A DNA stretch of 64,000 nt from Mobula hypostoma (Eukaryota), in NCBI RefSeq assembly GCF_963921235.1, contig NC_086097.1, positions 140,060,001-140,124,000 of the forward strand, read 5' to 3'. Of the stretch, positions 38,896-51,364 are shown piece after piece. Position numbers and translations under genes: made by a program. The notes under the pieces are model-generated. The model saw nothing but the letters and a program-made list of their open reading frames with translations, was not told the origin of the DNA and did not search any database. The first letter of the stretch is position 1, and each line of letters starts with the position of its first letter.

Positions 38896-39412
38896 CTGGA
38901 GTCAAACAGAGTCATTGGGTCAGTCGGCAATCATCCAGAGTTGACCCAGTAACAACCGAATGACGACCTGTTGATGACCCGATGATGACCCAGTGACGAC
39001 CCAGTGATGACCCAATGGAGAAGAGATCGAGCTGAGGTTGTACAGAGTGGGGCCATCTCACAGCCAGAACCCCAGGTGAAATGGTGGTCACAGCAGAAAC
39101 CTGTTCACTTTGCCCTACCACAGGACTAACCCCCTCGATATCTCTTTCTGGAACAGGCCCTGCCCTCAGACCCACAGTTTCCTCCCTCTATCCTACAGAC
39201 CCCCTCCCACTGCCACAAGCTCTCCCAGATACACAAGCCCATAGTGCCCTCCCATATACCATGTCCCAGCCTTGACCCACCCACTTATGTAAGCTCCTCC
39301 CAAAAACCCACATGCCCCACCCACAGACTTAAAGACTCGGATGCTGACACAAGCTGCCCTTTGCCTCCTGAAGTCTACAAGCCAGACTTTCCCTCACGGA
39401 GCGGCCACTCAC

Positions 39413-39503
39413 CCGGACACACTGGGCAGCAGCCATGCCTGGGCTGGATGGGATGCTTGCAGTGGACCACACACAGCACTTCTGACTCAGTAATAACACC
39501 CTC
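39413..39503 (-). CDS. BMPER: BMPER-like exon 5 (VWC2 C-half)
   Basis: [36 protein letters not shown](G)|GTGAGT; 91 nt. Confidence 0.92.
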
Positions 39504-40279
39504 CTGCAGGTGGAAACGACAAACAGAGCGTTGTCTCAGCTCGTGACCGTGGCAGGTCCCCGCACTGGCACAGACACACCCTCAACACTCACTGAGTCTC
39601 TACAGTCAAATCCTGGTGTACTGTGACTACAAGAGCATGTCGGGGCTGGAGCTCCTCGACGAGTGACCCCCATTCACACTCCCCTTACCCCTTCCCACAG
39701 TTCGATGACATCAGAGAGGATTACATGACTCACACTCAACATGTTAGGAACAGCTTCTCCTCCCTCCATCAGAGCTTTGAATTGTCCATGAACCCATCAA
39801 CAGTACCTTGGCTTTCCTCTTTTGTACGTTTTAATTTAAGCTTATTGTAATTTTTTGTGTCTTGTGTTGTACTACTGCCACACAAGAACAAATCTCAACA
39901 TTTCATGGCATATGTCAATGATAATGATTCTGGTATTTCTCAGAGACTTTTTCTTTCTCCACAGATGCTGCCTGACCTAGAAGTTACTGTTTTATTTCAC
40001 ATTCTCAGTACCTGTAGGTATTTTTTCCAGCTAGGGCCTAGCCTCGGGATAGGGGAGCAGCAGTGTGGGGCTGGAAAGGGGGTCATGAAGTTTTGGAAAC
40101 TGTGGAGTCTTAGTCACTGAGTTTCCTCAGAGGTGTGTTGATTTCTGGATAGGGAATGGAAGGATAGGGAATTAGTGCAGGAAGATGGGACTGAGGCCAC
40201 GAACAGAGGAGTTGGGTGAGGGGGTTTCCTCCTACTCTTGTGTAGCAGGACAACTCCATAGTCACTCAGTCCTTGATGA

Positions 40280-41125
40280 CAAGTGATGAGTGGCACTCTG
40301 GATAGTGTAGAAGGTTGTCAAAGGATACAGTGGGATATAAATACTTTGCAAATATGGATGGAGAAATGGCAGGTAGGGTTTAATTCAGCCAAATGTGGGA
40401 GATCAAATGTAATAGGACAGTACACAATTAATGTCAGCATCGTTAACAGTGTTGACAAGCAGAGGGACCATGGCTCCCTGAAAGTGGCTACACAGGCTGT
40501 TAAGGTGCTACAGAAGGGATGTGCATGCTTGCCTTTATTAATCAAGGCAATGAGTTCAAAAGCTGGGAAATTGCTTTGCAGCTTTATAAAACTCTTCTTT
40601 GAAGTATTGCATTCAATTCTGGTCACGCCATTATAGAAAGGATGTGGAGGCTTTGACGAAGAGGCAGAGGATTCAGCGTGCTGCCTGGATTAGAGGGCAT
40701 TTGCTATCAAGAGAGGCTGGACAAACTTAGGTTGTTATCTCTGCAGCAGTGGGAGTTGAAAGGAGACCAGACAGAGGTCTGTAAGATTACGAGAGGCACA
40801 GACAGAGTAGACAGACCACATCTTTTTTTACCAGGATCAAAGTGTCTAATACCAGAGAGTATGAATTTAAGGTGAGAGAGGGGAAGTGCAAAGGAGATGA
40901 GCGGGCAAGTTTTCCTTTTACACTGAGAGTGATGTGGACCTAGAATGTTCTGCCAGGGGTGGTTGTGGAGGCAAACACGATAGATGCATTTACGAGAATA
41001 GAGGAATATCGACATTGTGTAAGCAGAAGGGATTGTTTTAGTGAAGTGTTTAATTACTAGATTATTTCATTTGGCACAACATTGTAGGCCAAAGAGCCTG
41101 TTCCTGTGCTGTACTAAGTTCTATG
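40280..41125 (+). mobile_element. Degenerate CR1 3' fragment
   Basis: WMEKWQVGFNSAKC and LPGLEGICYQERLDKL remnants; tail-like TTCTATG at about 41120. Confidence 0.75.
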
Positions 41126-41220
41126 TCTCACTGGGGAGGCAGCATTCTGACAAAACTTCTGTGTTACGATTCACATTCTCTTGCCTGCGATCACCAGCAG
41201 GGCGCAGACAGATTACGTAC

Positions 41221-41303
41221 CTGACAGGTCTGGGTCAAGCAGGGTTTGGAAGGGACAAGCCAGTCTTTGGAGCTGTTGTATACCTTCCCATCCAACACAC
41301 ACT
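41221..41303 (-). CDS. BMPER: BMPER-like exon 4 (VWC2 N-half)
   Basis: Read by hand: CTGCAG|(E)CVLDGKVYNSSKDWLVPSKPCLTQTCQ|GTACGT; 83 nt. Confidence 0.9.
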
Positions 41304-42329
41304 CTGCAGAGAAGAGACAAAGACTGGTGAAGGTGAAGATTGGTTGAGATCACAAGGTGATGACCCACCTTCCTCTGCACCTGCTAAGAACCATTCCCAA
41401 TGGGAGGCCATTCAGCCCACTGAATCCGTACTAGCACTTGAAAATTGCACGAGTTTCCTTCATGCTCCATAAGTCTGTGTATGTTGGTGTTTCCAGTGTT
41501 ATCCCAGCTCCCCTGTAAGGTTCCTGCTAAAGCTATTTTTACCGTCCTTTTCGACAATGTCCCAGATTAGAATAATTTGTTGCTTCAATAAACTCCTGTC
41601 TCTCTATGCCCTTGTCACCACCCTTCCTACTACAGGACAGAGGGGCTCTCCCCATTAGCCCCTCAGTGGTTCAGAATGGTTTGATTAAATCACCTTGTAC
41701 CATTCTCTGCCCCAGTCTCTCCTCGGATCTGCACCTCTCGTGCTGGGACCATTCCTGTAGATCTCACCTCCCCCTACAGGGCCATCTACTGGTGATATTT
41801 TCATCATCTGTAGTGTTCACCCTGTGTCAACGTAAAATTTGGTGGCTTGATTTCTGCAAAGATGGACTAATGTCAGAAGGGACCAAAATCCAGAAGCCCT
41901 ATCAGTGGTTCTGTGTTACTGGAGATTGACCGGAAGGATAGCTGAAAACAAGGGCTTAAGTTACACAGAAAAAACCGAGGGGTGATCTGAGCACAGTTTC
42001 CATGCTGTTGTAAGGTGTGTATGTATGTGAGTGTGAGTGTGAGAGCAAGAGTGAGAGAGTGAGAGAGTGTGAGTGTGAGTCAAGGAGTATGCAAGAGTGA
42101 CTAAGTGAGTCTGTGCCTTTGTCAGTGAGAGAGAGAGCTGCTGTTTCAGGGTATAGGTCTACATGCCTGACAGTCAGGGACAGAAGTGAAAAGTGTTCAA
42201 TCCAGCCCTAATTCAGTGTGAGTTTGGGGACACAAATCATTCTGGGATAAATTGACGGACTACATCTTGAGCAAAGACACAGGAAGTGGCTTCAGACTAG
42301 CCCATAGATCGTGTAACAGATGCATAGAC

Positions 42330-42540
42330 ATGTGTACAGACACACAGACAGGTGCACGGACACACAGACAGGCACTTAGGTGAGGCAGACAGATGCATAT
42401 GTACACAGACAGACATACAGACAAGAACAGGAACACATGCACACAGACACACAGACAGGTGCACAGACAGACAGGTGTACAGACACACAGACAGGCATAC
42501 AGACAAGGCAGAGGGGTGCACAGACACACGGACAGACTGT
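42330..42540. repeat. CA/GA-rich low-complexity repeat just 3' of exon 3 on the pre-mRNA
   Basis: CACAGACAGG-like reiterations; a GT/GA microsatellite also lies at about 42015-42140. Confidence 0.75.
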
Positions 42541-42553
42541 AACCTGGAAGCAC

Positions 42554-42653
42554 CTTTGCACTTCTCGCAGCAGGCTCCGGTCTGTTTAATGACGAGTGCA
42601 CAGTGCTTGGGCAGTGGGGGACACTTCTCTCTGGTACATCGCACCTCTTTGTT
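42554..42653 (-). CDS. BMPER: BMPER-like exon 3 (VWC1 C-half)
   Basis: [46 protein letters not shown]; 100 nt; weak donor but phase fits exon 4. Confidence 0.92.
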
Positions 42654-43498
42654 CTGCAAAGGAAATGAACAATGAACAGGGAACTCAGAGTCGAAGGAAC
42701 ATGTAATCACAGCAACACTGGAGGAGAGGCAGGAGGAGGAGTGGGGAGTCCTGGGGTGTGAGGATCACCAGGAAATGGGGAAAGTGAGGCGGAAGAGGCC
42801 ATGGAGGACAGTGGGAGGGACGGCAGAATAAAGGGGTGACAATGGAGGGAGGGGGAGACAATGGAGGGGAATGGGGGTGGGGGTGGGAATGGGGACAAAA
42901 TGCAAGGCAAGTCCCTCTTTGTTCTCTTAGAGACATGCAGTTCTTTATATTCCAGCACAGACAAAGCCTACACGACACAGGGATTAAATTATGCTCACTA
43001 AAATTGGTCCAAATTTTGTAATTTGAAACTAGGACCTGACCAATCTTCCTGCACTGAGGGCACTGGGGTTGAATGAGGGGGAGACGATACACACCCCCAC
43101 AAGCTACTGTACATCCCAGGAAATCTCCTGTATTGACTCTACACAAGGAAGTTTTGGCCATTGCTCTGGTTTAAATACTCCAGGTTTCAGACTATAACAC
43201 AGCAGAGTATTGCACAGGAACAGACCCTTTGGTTTACTATGTCTATACTGACCATGATGCCAATTTAAACTAACACCATCTGCCTTCACATGGTCTGTAT
43301 CCCTCCATCCCCTGCCTGTTCATGTGTCCGTCTAACTGCCTCTTAAATGTTGCTGTCATTTCTTCTTCCCCCATTTCCCCTGGCAAAGCATTCCAGGTAT
43401 CCTCTAGATCTCTTTTAAACTTACCCCCTTTCACTTTGAATACATGACCTCAGTATTTGACATTTCCAGCTTTGGAAAAAGACTCTGGCTATCTGCCC

Positions 43499-43578
43499 CA
43501 GGGGTTCTGAACCTGTGGTCCACAGACTCCTCATTTCATGGTATTGGTCCATGGCATCAGAAAGGTTGGAAACCCCTG
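43499..43578. mobile_element. 80-bp hAT (Charlie-like) MITE
   Basis: TIRs CAGGGGTTCTGAACCT / AGGTTGGAAACCCCTG; 8-bp TSD ATCTGCCC / ATCTACCC (1 mismatch). Confidence 0.8.
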
Positions 43579-43950
43579 ATCTACCCTGTCTATGCCTCTC
43601 ATATTGGTTAGGTTGCTCCTTATCTCACAGCACTCCAGAGGAAATGTCCAAGTTTGTCCAATTAACACACTCAGACAACATCCTGGTAAACCTCTTCTGA
43701 ACCCACAGCATCTGCATGTAATTTGGCAACCAGAACTGCACACAATGCCACCAACGTGGCCTCACTGAATTTTCACACAGCTGCAACATGACTTTCCAAC
43801 TTCTATACTCAACATCATATCCGGTGACGGCAAGTATGCAGATACAGCTTTACCACCCTCTCTACTTGTGTTGCCACTTTCAGAAAGTGATGGACTTGCA
43901 TTCCAAGATCCCTTACACATCAGAGGTCCTAAGGATCCTGCCATCTACAG

Positions 43951-44300
43951 CAGTGGCCCCCAACCTCCGGGCCGCGGACCGATACATTGCCGCAAAGCAT
44001 GCAGTGGTACAACGGTAGCTGGGACGTACCCAGCACATCTTTAAGAAAAAAGCCGAAATAAACAAGCTAATTAATTAGGTGCCACCCGCCATGTAAATGT
44101 CAGCCCAGATCAGAGGCGATGCAATCGGCAATCGCCTCTGATCTGGGCTGACATTTACGTGCCGGCCGGCACCTAATTAATTAGCTTGTTTATTTCGGCT
44201 TTTTTCTTAAAGATGTGCCGGGTTCGTCCCAGCTACCGTTGTACCACTGCATTCTTCGTGGCCTGGTATCGGTCTGCGGCTTGGAGGTTGGGGACCACCG
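43951..44300. mobile_element. 350-bp palindromic hAT (Charlie-like) MITE
   Basis: TIRs CAGTGGCCCCCAACCT / AGGTTGGGGACCACCG; perfect 8-bp TSD ATCTACAG at 43943-43950 and 44301-44308; the whole element is an inverted repeat. Confidence 0.93.
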
Positions 44301-47129
44301 ATCTACAGTGTACTTTCCTCTTACCTTTGTCCTCCCAAATGCAACACTTCACACTTGCCAGAATTAAATTCCATTTGCCATTTCTTCACCCATATTTCCA
44401 AGTGATCTAAATCCTGCTGAATCCTTTGACAACCTTCCTTACTACCCACAACTCTACCGAAGTTTAGGTGCCTGCAAATCTACACTTTTTGTCCAGCAGT
44501 TCATATACATCCATCCCCAGGTTAAACACACCAAACTTACGGCCAGGCAGACACATGTGAGTGATTGGACTGAGGTGTCTCAGAAGGGGTTATCAAACAT
44601 TCCTTCCTGCAGAGGCTTGTGGAGCTCTCTTTCACACACCAGAGTTTTCAGGAACCAAATGACCTCGACATCTCATTCCTCAATCTTTACAACCCAAGAC
44701 CCGTCTATGGAAAGTATAACACACGTACTGATTACTTCACTTCCTGCAGACAAATTAATAAAGGCTGAATATGTTTGCCAGGAACTGCTGAGTGCAGTTG
44801 ATCAAAATTCCTCTGTGGTGGCATAAACCAATACTTTGGTCTGCCATTCTGCATTCTATCTTCCATGAAATCAACAACATTTAAGTCACATCTGTGTCAA
44901 ATTTAGTTAATGAAGTGGCCACGGGAGAGATGGAATTCAAAAATTATACCATCTAGAGCAAGGTTCAGTCACGTGTTCTATTGATGGAAAGCCAATGATT
45001 AAAGTCACAAAGTAACATGCCCTGGATTAAGGACTACATATTAATACCAGACTCCTTACTCCAGCTTTCTACTGAAGGACAACAGCCACGATTCAGTGCT
45101 TACTGATAAAATGGTCAGGGATTGAAGTTATTTCTTGCAAAACAAAAAAATACTGCAAGCCAGAAGATTGTGATGTTTGGGCACATTTAATCCAGGGAAG
45201 ACATTGATCTGTGAAATCCACTTCTGTTAGTTAATCCAGTTTTACTGCAAAAGTCGGATCAGAATTCTCTGCCCAAACGTGGATAGCCCGTTGCCTAGGC
45301 AACAGGGACCAGAGGGCCCTAGAACTGATGACTGAACTCCACCCTTCTCCTCCAGCTAACAGCAGCAGTCCGATAATCAGTCTCTGACCTGGAGTTTCCT
45401 TCGTGGTAACAAGTTGAGTTGAGCCAGTCTGACACCAGCCTCCATGCAAAGTGGTGGGGCCATTTACCACTGGATCCCAATTTCCAGCTCAGCAGAGACG
45501 GTGATGTATGCCTCTCTCTATGCGCAACAATGTTACTTTGGCTTGGCCGATTCCATTACCTCATTCCTGACGACACATCCCAGAGGTTGCCAAGTAGCCT
45601 CACCGATAATTTTAGATACTGCAGCTCATAAAGCCCACCCCACATGTAGTCAGCTCTCCATCTTGGTCTGGGCCTTGGGGCAGAGTCCTCCTGATCAGTG
45701 GTGACATCATGACCCACGCCCATGTGTAAAACCACTCTGGCTCCCTTCAGTTCCTCCATTATCTGCAGCCAGAATCCCACACACCCAGGAAAGAACGGCT
45801 CCATCACAGTGCAAACGTCTGGACCCTGGAGAGGTGTAGGAGGGGTGGGATGGGGACCTCAAGCAGCTCACAAATACAAATTATAAGCAGGGTGCTCCAG
45901 GACACTGTTCCCCTAAACGTCTACCACTGTAGGTGGACGGTACCTCCTCCCACCCCCTGGCTCATTTTGTTTATGATGGGAAGCTGAACAGAGGACCCTC
46001 ACCCTGCTGGGAGCACTGAGACTAACTGAACCAGAGGTGGCTCTGTTATCTATTGACAGAGTGAAGGGAGAGGCCAGGAGCCCAGTGGGTGACACTGCCA
46101 ACACCACTCACCCACCGACCCCGAGTGGCAGAAACCCCATCAGGCTTGTTCACTGTGCACCAGGTTTCAGCCACACTAGGCTGTGGGGCGTGTAAGTTCC
46201 TGCCAACCTGTGAAAACTGCAAACACTCCGTGCACTCAGGCTGCAGGTCTCTGCAATGAATCCAAAGTCTACTAACACACTGTTGCACACATTTCCGTTC
46301 ACAGTGTGGCAGGACCAGCAGACAGGGAGCACCCACTGACTCATGTGGGGCAGCACTGCCTTCGTCAGTATCATCGCCTTCAAAAACTCTCCCTAGCAGC
46401 TCAGAGTGTTCAGTTACAAAGAATGCTGGGGTGGAACTGGGACTACTCTGTAAGGGCAAGTGGTGAATTTCCTTCATAGAACGTATTCTATCTGGAAACA
46501 TTCTGTCTAGATGCATAATGGGTTGGTACGGCAATTGCTCTGCACAAGACTGCAGAAAACGGTAGAGTTGTGGACACATCTCAGCACATCACAGTAACCA
46601 GCCTCCCCTCCATGGACCCTGTCTGTACTCTTCGCTGCCTCAGTAAAGCTGCCAGCATAATCAAAGACGCCTCCCACCCCGGTCATCCTCTCTTCTCCCC
46701 TCTCCCACTGGGTACAAGTTATAAAGGCCTGGAAACACTGACACCAGGATCATGAACAACTTCAGTCCCACTGTTATCAGACTCGTAAAAAGAACTCTTG
46801 TATGATAAGATGGTCTTTTGGCATCACTATATACCTCATTACAATCTTACACTTTATCATTTACCAGCATAGCATCTTTTCAGTTGCTTTTATAATTTAT
46901 TCTGCTTTATTGTTTAACCATATTCTACTTCAATGCACTGTGCAATAATTTGATCTGTATGCAAAACAAGCTTTATGTTGTATCTTGGTACATGTGACAG
47001 TAATAAACCAACACCAGCACCTTGCTCAGAAGTTGCAGGGATTAGGTGTGGCAGTATGAGGTGCATCAGTCTGAGCTAAGCGTGTGGGAGAGTGAGTGTG
47101 TCAGTATGTAGTGTGAGCTTTAGTGCGGG

Positions 47130-47765
47130 GAAGTGTGTGTCAGCTTGGGGTGGGTGTGTCAGTGTTGGATAAGTGTGTCAGTGTGTGGTAGGTGTGCCAG
47201 CATGGGGTAGGTGTGTCAGCGTGGGGTGGGTGTGCCAGCACGGGGTAGGTGTGTCAGTGTGGGGTGGGTGTGTCAGTGTTGGATGAGTGTGTCAGTGTGT
47301 GGTGGGTGTGTCAGCATGGGGTGGGTGTGTCAGTGTGGGGTGGGTGTGTCAGTGTGGGGTGGGTGTGTCAGTGTTGGATGAGTGTGTCAGCGTGGGGTGG
47401 GTGTGTCAGCGTGGGGTGGGTGTGCCAGCACGGGGTAGGTGTGTCAGTGTTGGATGAGTGTGTCAGTGTGTGGTGGGTGTGTCAGCGTGGGGTGGGTGTG
47501 TCAGCGTGGGGTGGGTGTGTCAGCGTGGGGTGGGTGTGCCAGCACAGGGTAGGTGTGTCAGTGTTGGATGAGTGTGTCAGTGTGTGGTAGGTGTGCCAGC
47601 ATGGGGTAGGTGTGTCAGCGTGGGGTGGGTGTGCCAGCACGGGGTAGGGGTGTCAGTGTGGGGTGGGTGTGTCAGTGTTGGATGAGTGTGTCAGTGTGGT
47701 AGGTGTGTCAGCGTGGGGTGGGTGTGTCAGCGTGGGGTGTCAAATGCAAGTGAGTGTGTCAGTGT
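47130..47765. repeat. ~20-bp GT-rich minisatellite (GTGTGTCAGCGTGGGGTGG-like)
   Basis: Tandem units interspersed with a GTGTTGGATGAGT variant. Confidence 0.9.
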
Positions 47766-49038
47766 AGCTGGGAAGTGGAGTAGAGCTGCAGTAGATGGTG
47801 CTGCCACTGCACTGGTGATGGTGGTGACTCAGTGAGATGTGAACCTGGCTGTGGCAGGGTAACACAGTCCAGCCGCACACACACACCAGCCTCTGTGCAG
47901 GCCACAAACACCTGGAGTGTCAATTCCTGTAGCAACATCAGAGACAGCCTAATCCAGCAGATTGTCATGCAGTGAGAGATTCCCTCACTATCAGTGACAG
48001 TTTACCCCAAACCCCTCCAGGGCACCGAGGAATGGCAATAAATACCGTCCTGTCAAACATGGCCAGGTCCTGAAAGTGAACAGAACAAACCAACCAACAG
48101 TTTTGTTTGTGTCCCACTCTCACTATCAGCTGAGAGAATGGGTCAGTCCGATTCCCAGCTCCATTCCCAAAGAAACATAGAAACACTGCATTGAAAAGGT
48201 CTGTTGACATTGTTTTCCTTCTGATGTCTGGGCACAAATTTCACATTCTGTGAGCCATGTGTGAACCAGATCACAGGTTAGATTACAAAATCACTTGCAT
48301 TATGGCAACTAAAAATATTAACATCAGAAAGCTGTCAAAACATTACCTGATCATATTCAAAACATTAACCTGATCTTCAAAAATAACTTTGGAAGTGCCA
48401 GGAGGCCAGTGAAGCCAGTTAGGTCAGATAGTGTTTTTGATGCAGAGAGCTCTGCCTGTGACTCAAGTGTTCATGTGTGTGTGAGATGTGACCCTCATTG
48501 CACCTTCGTTCAGCTCACAAATACATTATCACACTGTGAATTGTGCACGAGGCTCAGGTGAAATCAGTTTCAAAGGGAAACCATCTCCAATGCAACAAGC
48601 CCACCAAACTTTTGATTTAATCTGGACAATGACAATGCACTAAATTATATCAAAACACATCAGCCAGATTTCATGTTTAGTTATAATATTAAAGCAAAAT
48701 GCAGAAGGTCCTCTGAAACTGGGCAACCCGTTTATTAAAGAACATTTTCTCAGTTTTCATTCATAGCTCTTCTGGACAGATATCACTAGATCCTGTGCTC
48801 TACAGATCTTATTTAAGCTTATAAAGTTCTTACAGGATTAGACAGACTGCATGCAGGGAGGAATTTTCCTTCTCACTAGGAGTCCCCATGACCTGGGGTT
48901 AAGGAGGATACTAGGGCTAAAATGAAGAGAAATCTCTTCACCCAAGGAATGGTGAGCTTTAGAATTCTCCACCACAGGGGGCAGCAGAGACCAAGCTGCT
49001 GAATATTACATAGAACACATGACAGGTCAGGTTCTTAG

Positions 49039-49787
49039 GATTAGGAAAAGGGGAGGTGCAACGGGACCTGGGTGTCATTATACACCAGTCATTGAAAGTG
49101 GGCATGCAGGTACAGCAGGCGGTGAAAAAGGCGAATGCTATGCTGGCATTTATAGCAAGAGGATTCAAGTACAGGAGCAGGGAGGTACTACTGCAGTTGT
49201 ACAACGCTTTGGTGAGACCACACCTGGAGTATTGTGTGCAGTTTTGGTCCCCTAATCTGAGGAAAGACATCCTTGCCATAGAGGGAGTACAAAGGAGGTT
49301 CACCAGATTGATTCCTGGGATGGCAGGACTTTCATATGAAGAAAGACTGGATGAACTGGGCTTGTACTCGTTGGAATTTAGAAGATTGAGGGGGGATCTG
49401 ATTGAAACGTATAAAATCCTAAAGGGATTGGACAGGCTAGATGCAGGAAGATTGTTCCCGATGTTGGGGAAGTCCAGAACGAGGGGCCACAGTCTGAGGA
49501 TAGAGGGGAAGCCTTTTAGGACCGAGATTAGGAAAAACTTCTTCACACAGAGAGTGGTGAATCTGTGGAATTCTCTGCCACAGGAAACAGTTGAGGCCAG
49601 TTCATTGGCTATATTTAAGAGGGAGTTAGATATGGCCCTTGTGGCTATAGGGGTCAGGGTGTATGGAGGGAAGGCTGGGGCAGGGTTCTGAGTTGGATGA
49701 TCAGCCATGATCATAATAAATGGCGGTGCAGGCTCGAAGGGCCGAATGGCCTACTCCTGCACCTATTTTCTATGTTTCTATGTTTCT
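49039..49787 (+). mobile_element. Second young CR1 copy of the same family (3' ~750 bp)
   Basis: Aligns to 11741-12485 with about 27 substitutions plus a 6-bp indel by eye; same tail. Confidence 0.95.
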
Positions 49788-49799
49788 TTGGTATGTAGT

Positions 49800-50990
49800 G
49801 GTGTGCAGATCTTTTAACTTACTCCAAAATAAATCTAACTCACCCTCCCACACAGCCCTCCATTTTTTCATCCCTATATAAGAATCTCTTAAATGTCTCT
49901 GATGGATCTACCTCCAGCAGTACATTCCATGCACTCACCACTCTGTATAAACTTTATCTCTGAGATCCCCCCTATACTTTCCTTCAATCACCTTAAAATA
50001 GTGCTCTCTCATACTAGCCATAGCTGCCCTGGGAAAAAGGCACTGGCTGTCCACTTATACACCTCTCTCAAGTCTTCTGTCATCCTCCTTCGCACCAAAG
50101 AGAAAGGCCCTAGTTTGCAACACACATCAAAGTTGCTGGTGAACACAGCAGGCCAGGCAGCATCTCTAGGAAGAGGTACAGTTGACGTTTCGGGCCAAGA
50201 CCCTTCGTCAGGACTAACTGAAAGAAGAGCTAGTAAGACATTTGGATAAGAGATCCAAATAATATCTAAGTGTGGTCTATCTAGAGTTTTACATCTTGAA
50301 CTCAGTCCCCTGGCTAACAAAGGCAAACACACCATACGCTTTCTTAACTACCTTATCAATATGCACTGTAACTTTGATGAATCTATGGAAGGGGACCCCA
50401 AGATCCCTGTTTCCTCTACACAGCTAAAAATCCTACCACTAACCCTGTACTATGGCTTCAAGTTCAACACTTCAAAGTGAATCACTCCACATTTTTCCAG
50501 ATTGAACTCCATCTGCCATTATTGAGCCCAGTTCTGCATTCTATCAGTCCCATTATAACCTGTGACAACCTTCTGCACTATCTACAACACCACCAATCTT
50601 CATGTCACCTGCGAACTTACTAACCCACTGTTCCACTTCCTCATCCAAGTCATTTATAAAACTCACAAAGAGCAGAAGTCCCAGAACAGCAACCTGCTGA
50701 ACACCACTAGTCAGCAGACGTCCAGGCAGAATACACTCCATCTACATGACTCTCTTCCTTCTGTGTCACTTCCTCGAAAAATCCAATCAGGCTTGTGAGG
50801 CATGACCTGTTCCCCACAAAGCCATATTGACTATCCTTAATCAGACTATGCTTCTCCAAATGCACATAAATTTTGTGTCTTCAACAGTTTCCCCACCTCT
50901 GATGTAAGACTCACTTGTCTATAATTCCTAGGATTATCCCTATTACTTTTCTTGAAACTTTTAGCCACCTTCCAATTTTCTAGTCCTATT
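49800..50990 (-). mobile_element. Degenerate reverse CR1 with an embedded Penelope-like terminal fragment (about 50118-50238)
   Basis: FINDLDEEVEQWVSKFAGD remnant; the embedded segment carries a hammerhead-like core (see findings). Confidence 0.7.
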
Positions 50991-51364
50991 CCTGTAGTCA
51001 TGCTCTTAAGAAGCATATGAGACAGAAAGGGTGAGGACAGAGGAAGGTCAACTGTGATGCACTACATGGAGGGGAAGACTTGGACACCATGGCCTTCTGC
51101 TCTTGTGAACCAGAAGTTAACAAATGTCTCCCCCGACCTGAGGCTCTGGTGCCCCAAAAAGGATCAAATGGACATGAAGTCTGAATGGGTCTTCGTCCTC
51201 TCAACAACCCAGGTGCTCACACAACCAGCCTCTCCAGCTGTGCCCACCTGAGCTCTCCTGATCCAGGTGTCCAGAGAGTGAACGTAGAACAGTACAGCAC
51301 AGGAACTTGGCCCACAACATCTATGCCGAACACAATCCCAAATTAAACTCAATCCCTTCTATCT

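Larger units (their letters stand above)
43190..44480 (-). mobile_element. Old reverse-oriented CR1 fragment hosting two hAT MITEs
   Basis: Reverse complement resembles a CR1 3' end and RT C-terminus (e.g. WQMEFNS); boundaries approximate. Confidence 0.65.

Noticed and set aside
46046..46579. Cys-rich 177-aa minus-strand ORF ending near a GTGAGT donor, a possible extra exon in intron 2
   Set aside because: No VWC cysteine spacing, its start overlaps a LINE remnant, and exons 2 and 3 already join in phase to give a complete VWC1.
48968..48988. CTCF-like CCACCACAGGGGGCAGCA
   Set aside because: The 5' half fits poorly and it lies within a decayed CR1 3' segment from which it is readily derived.
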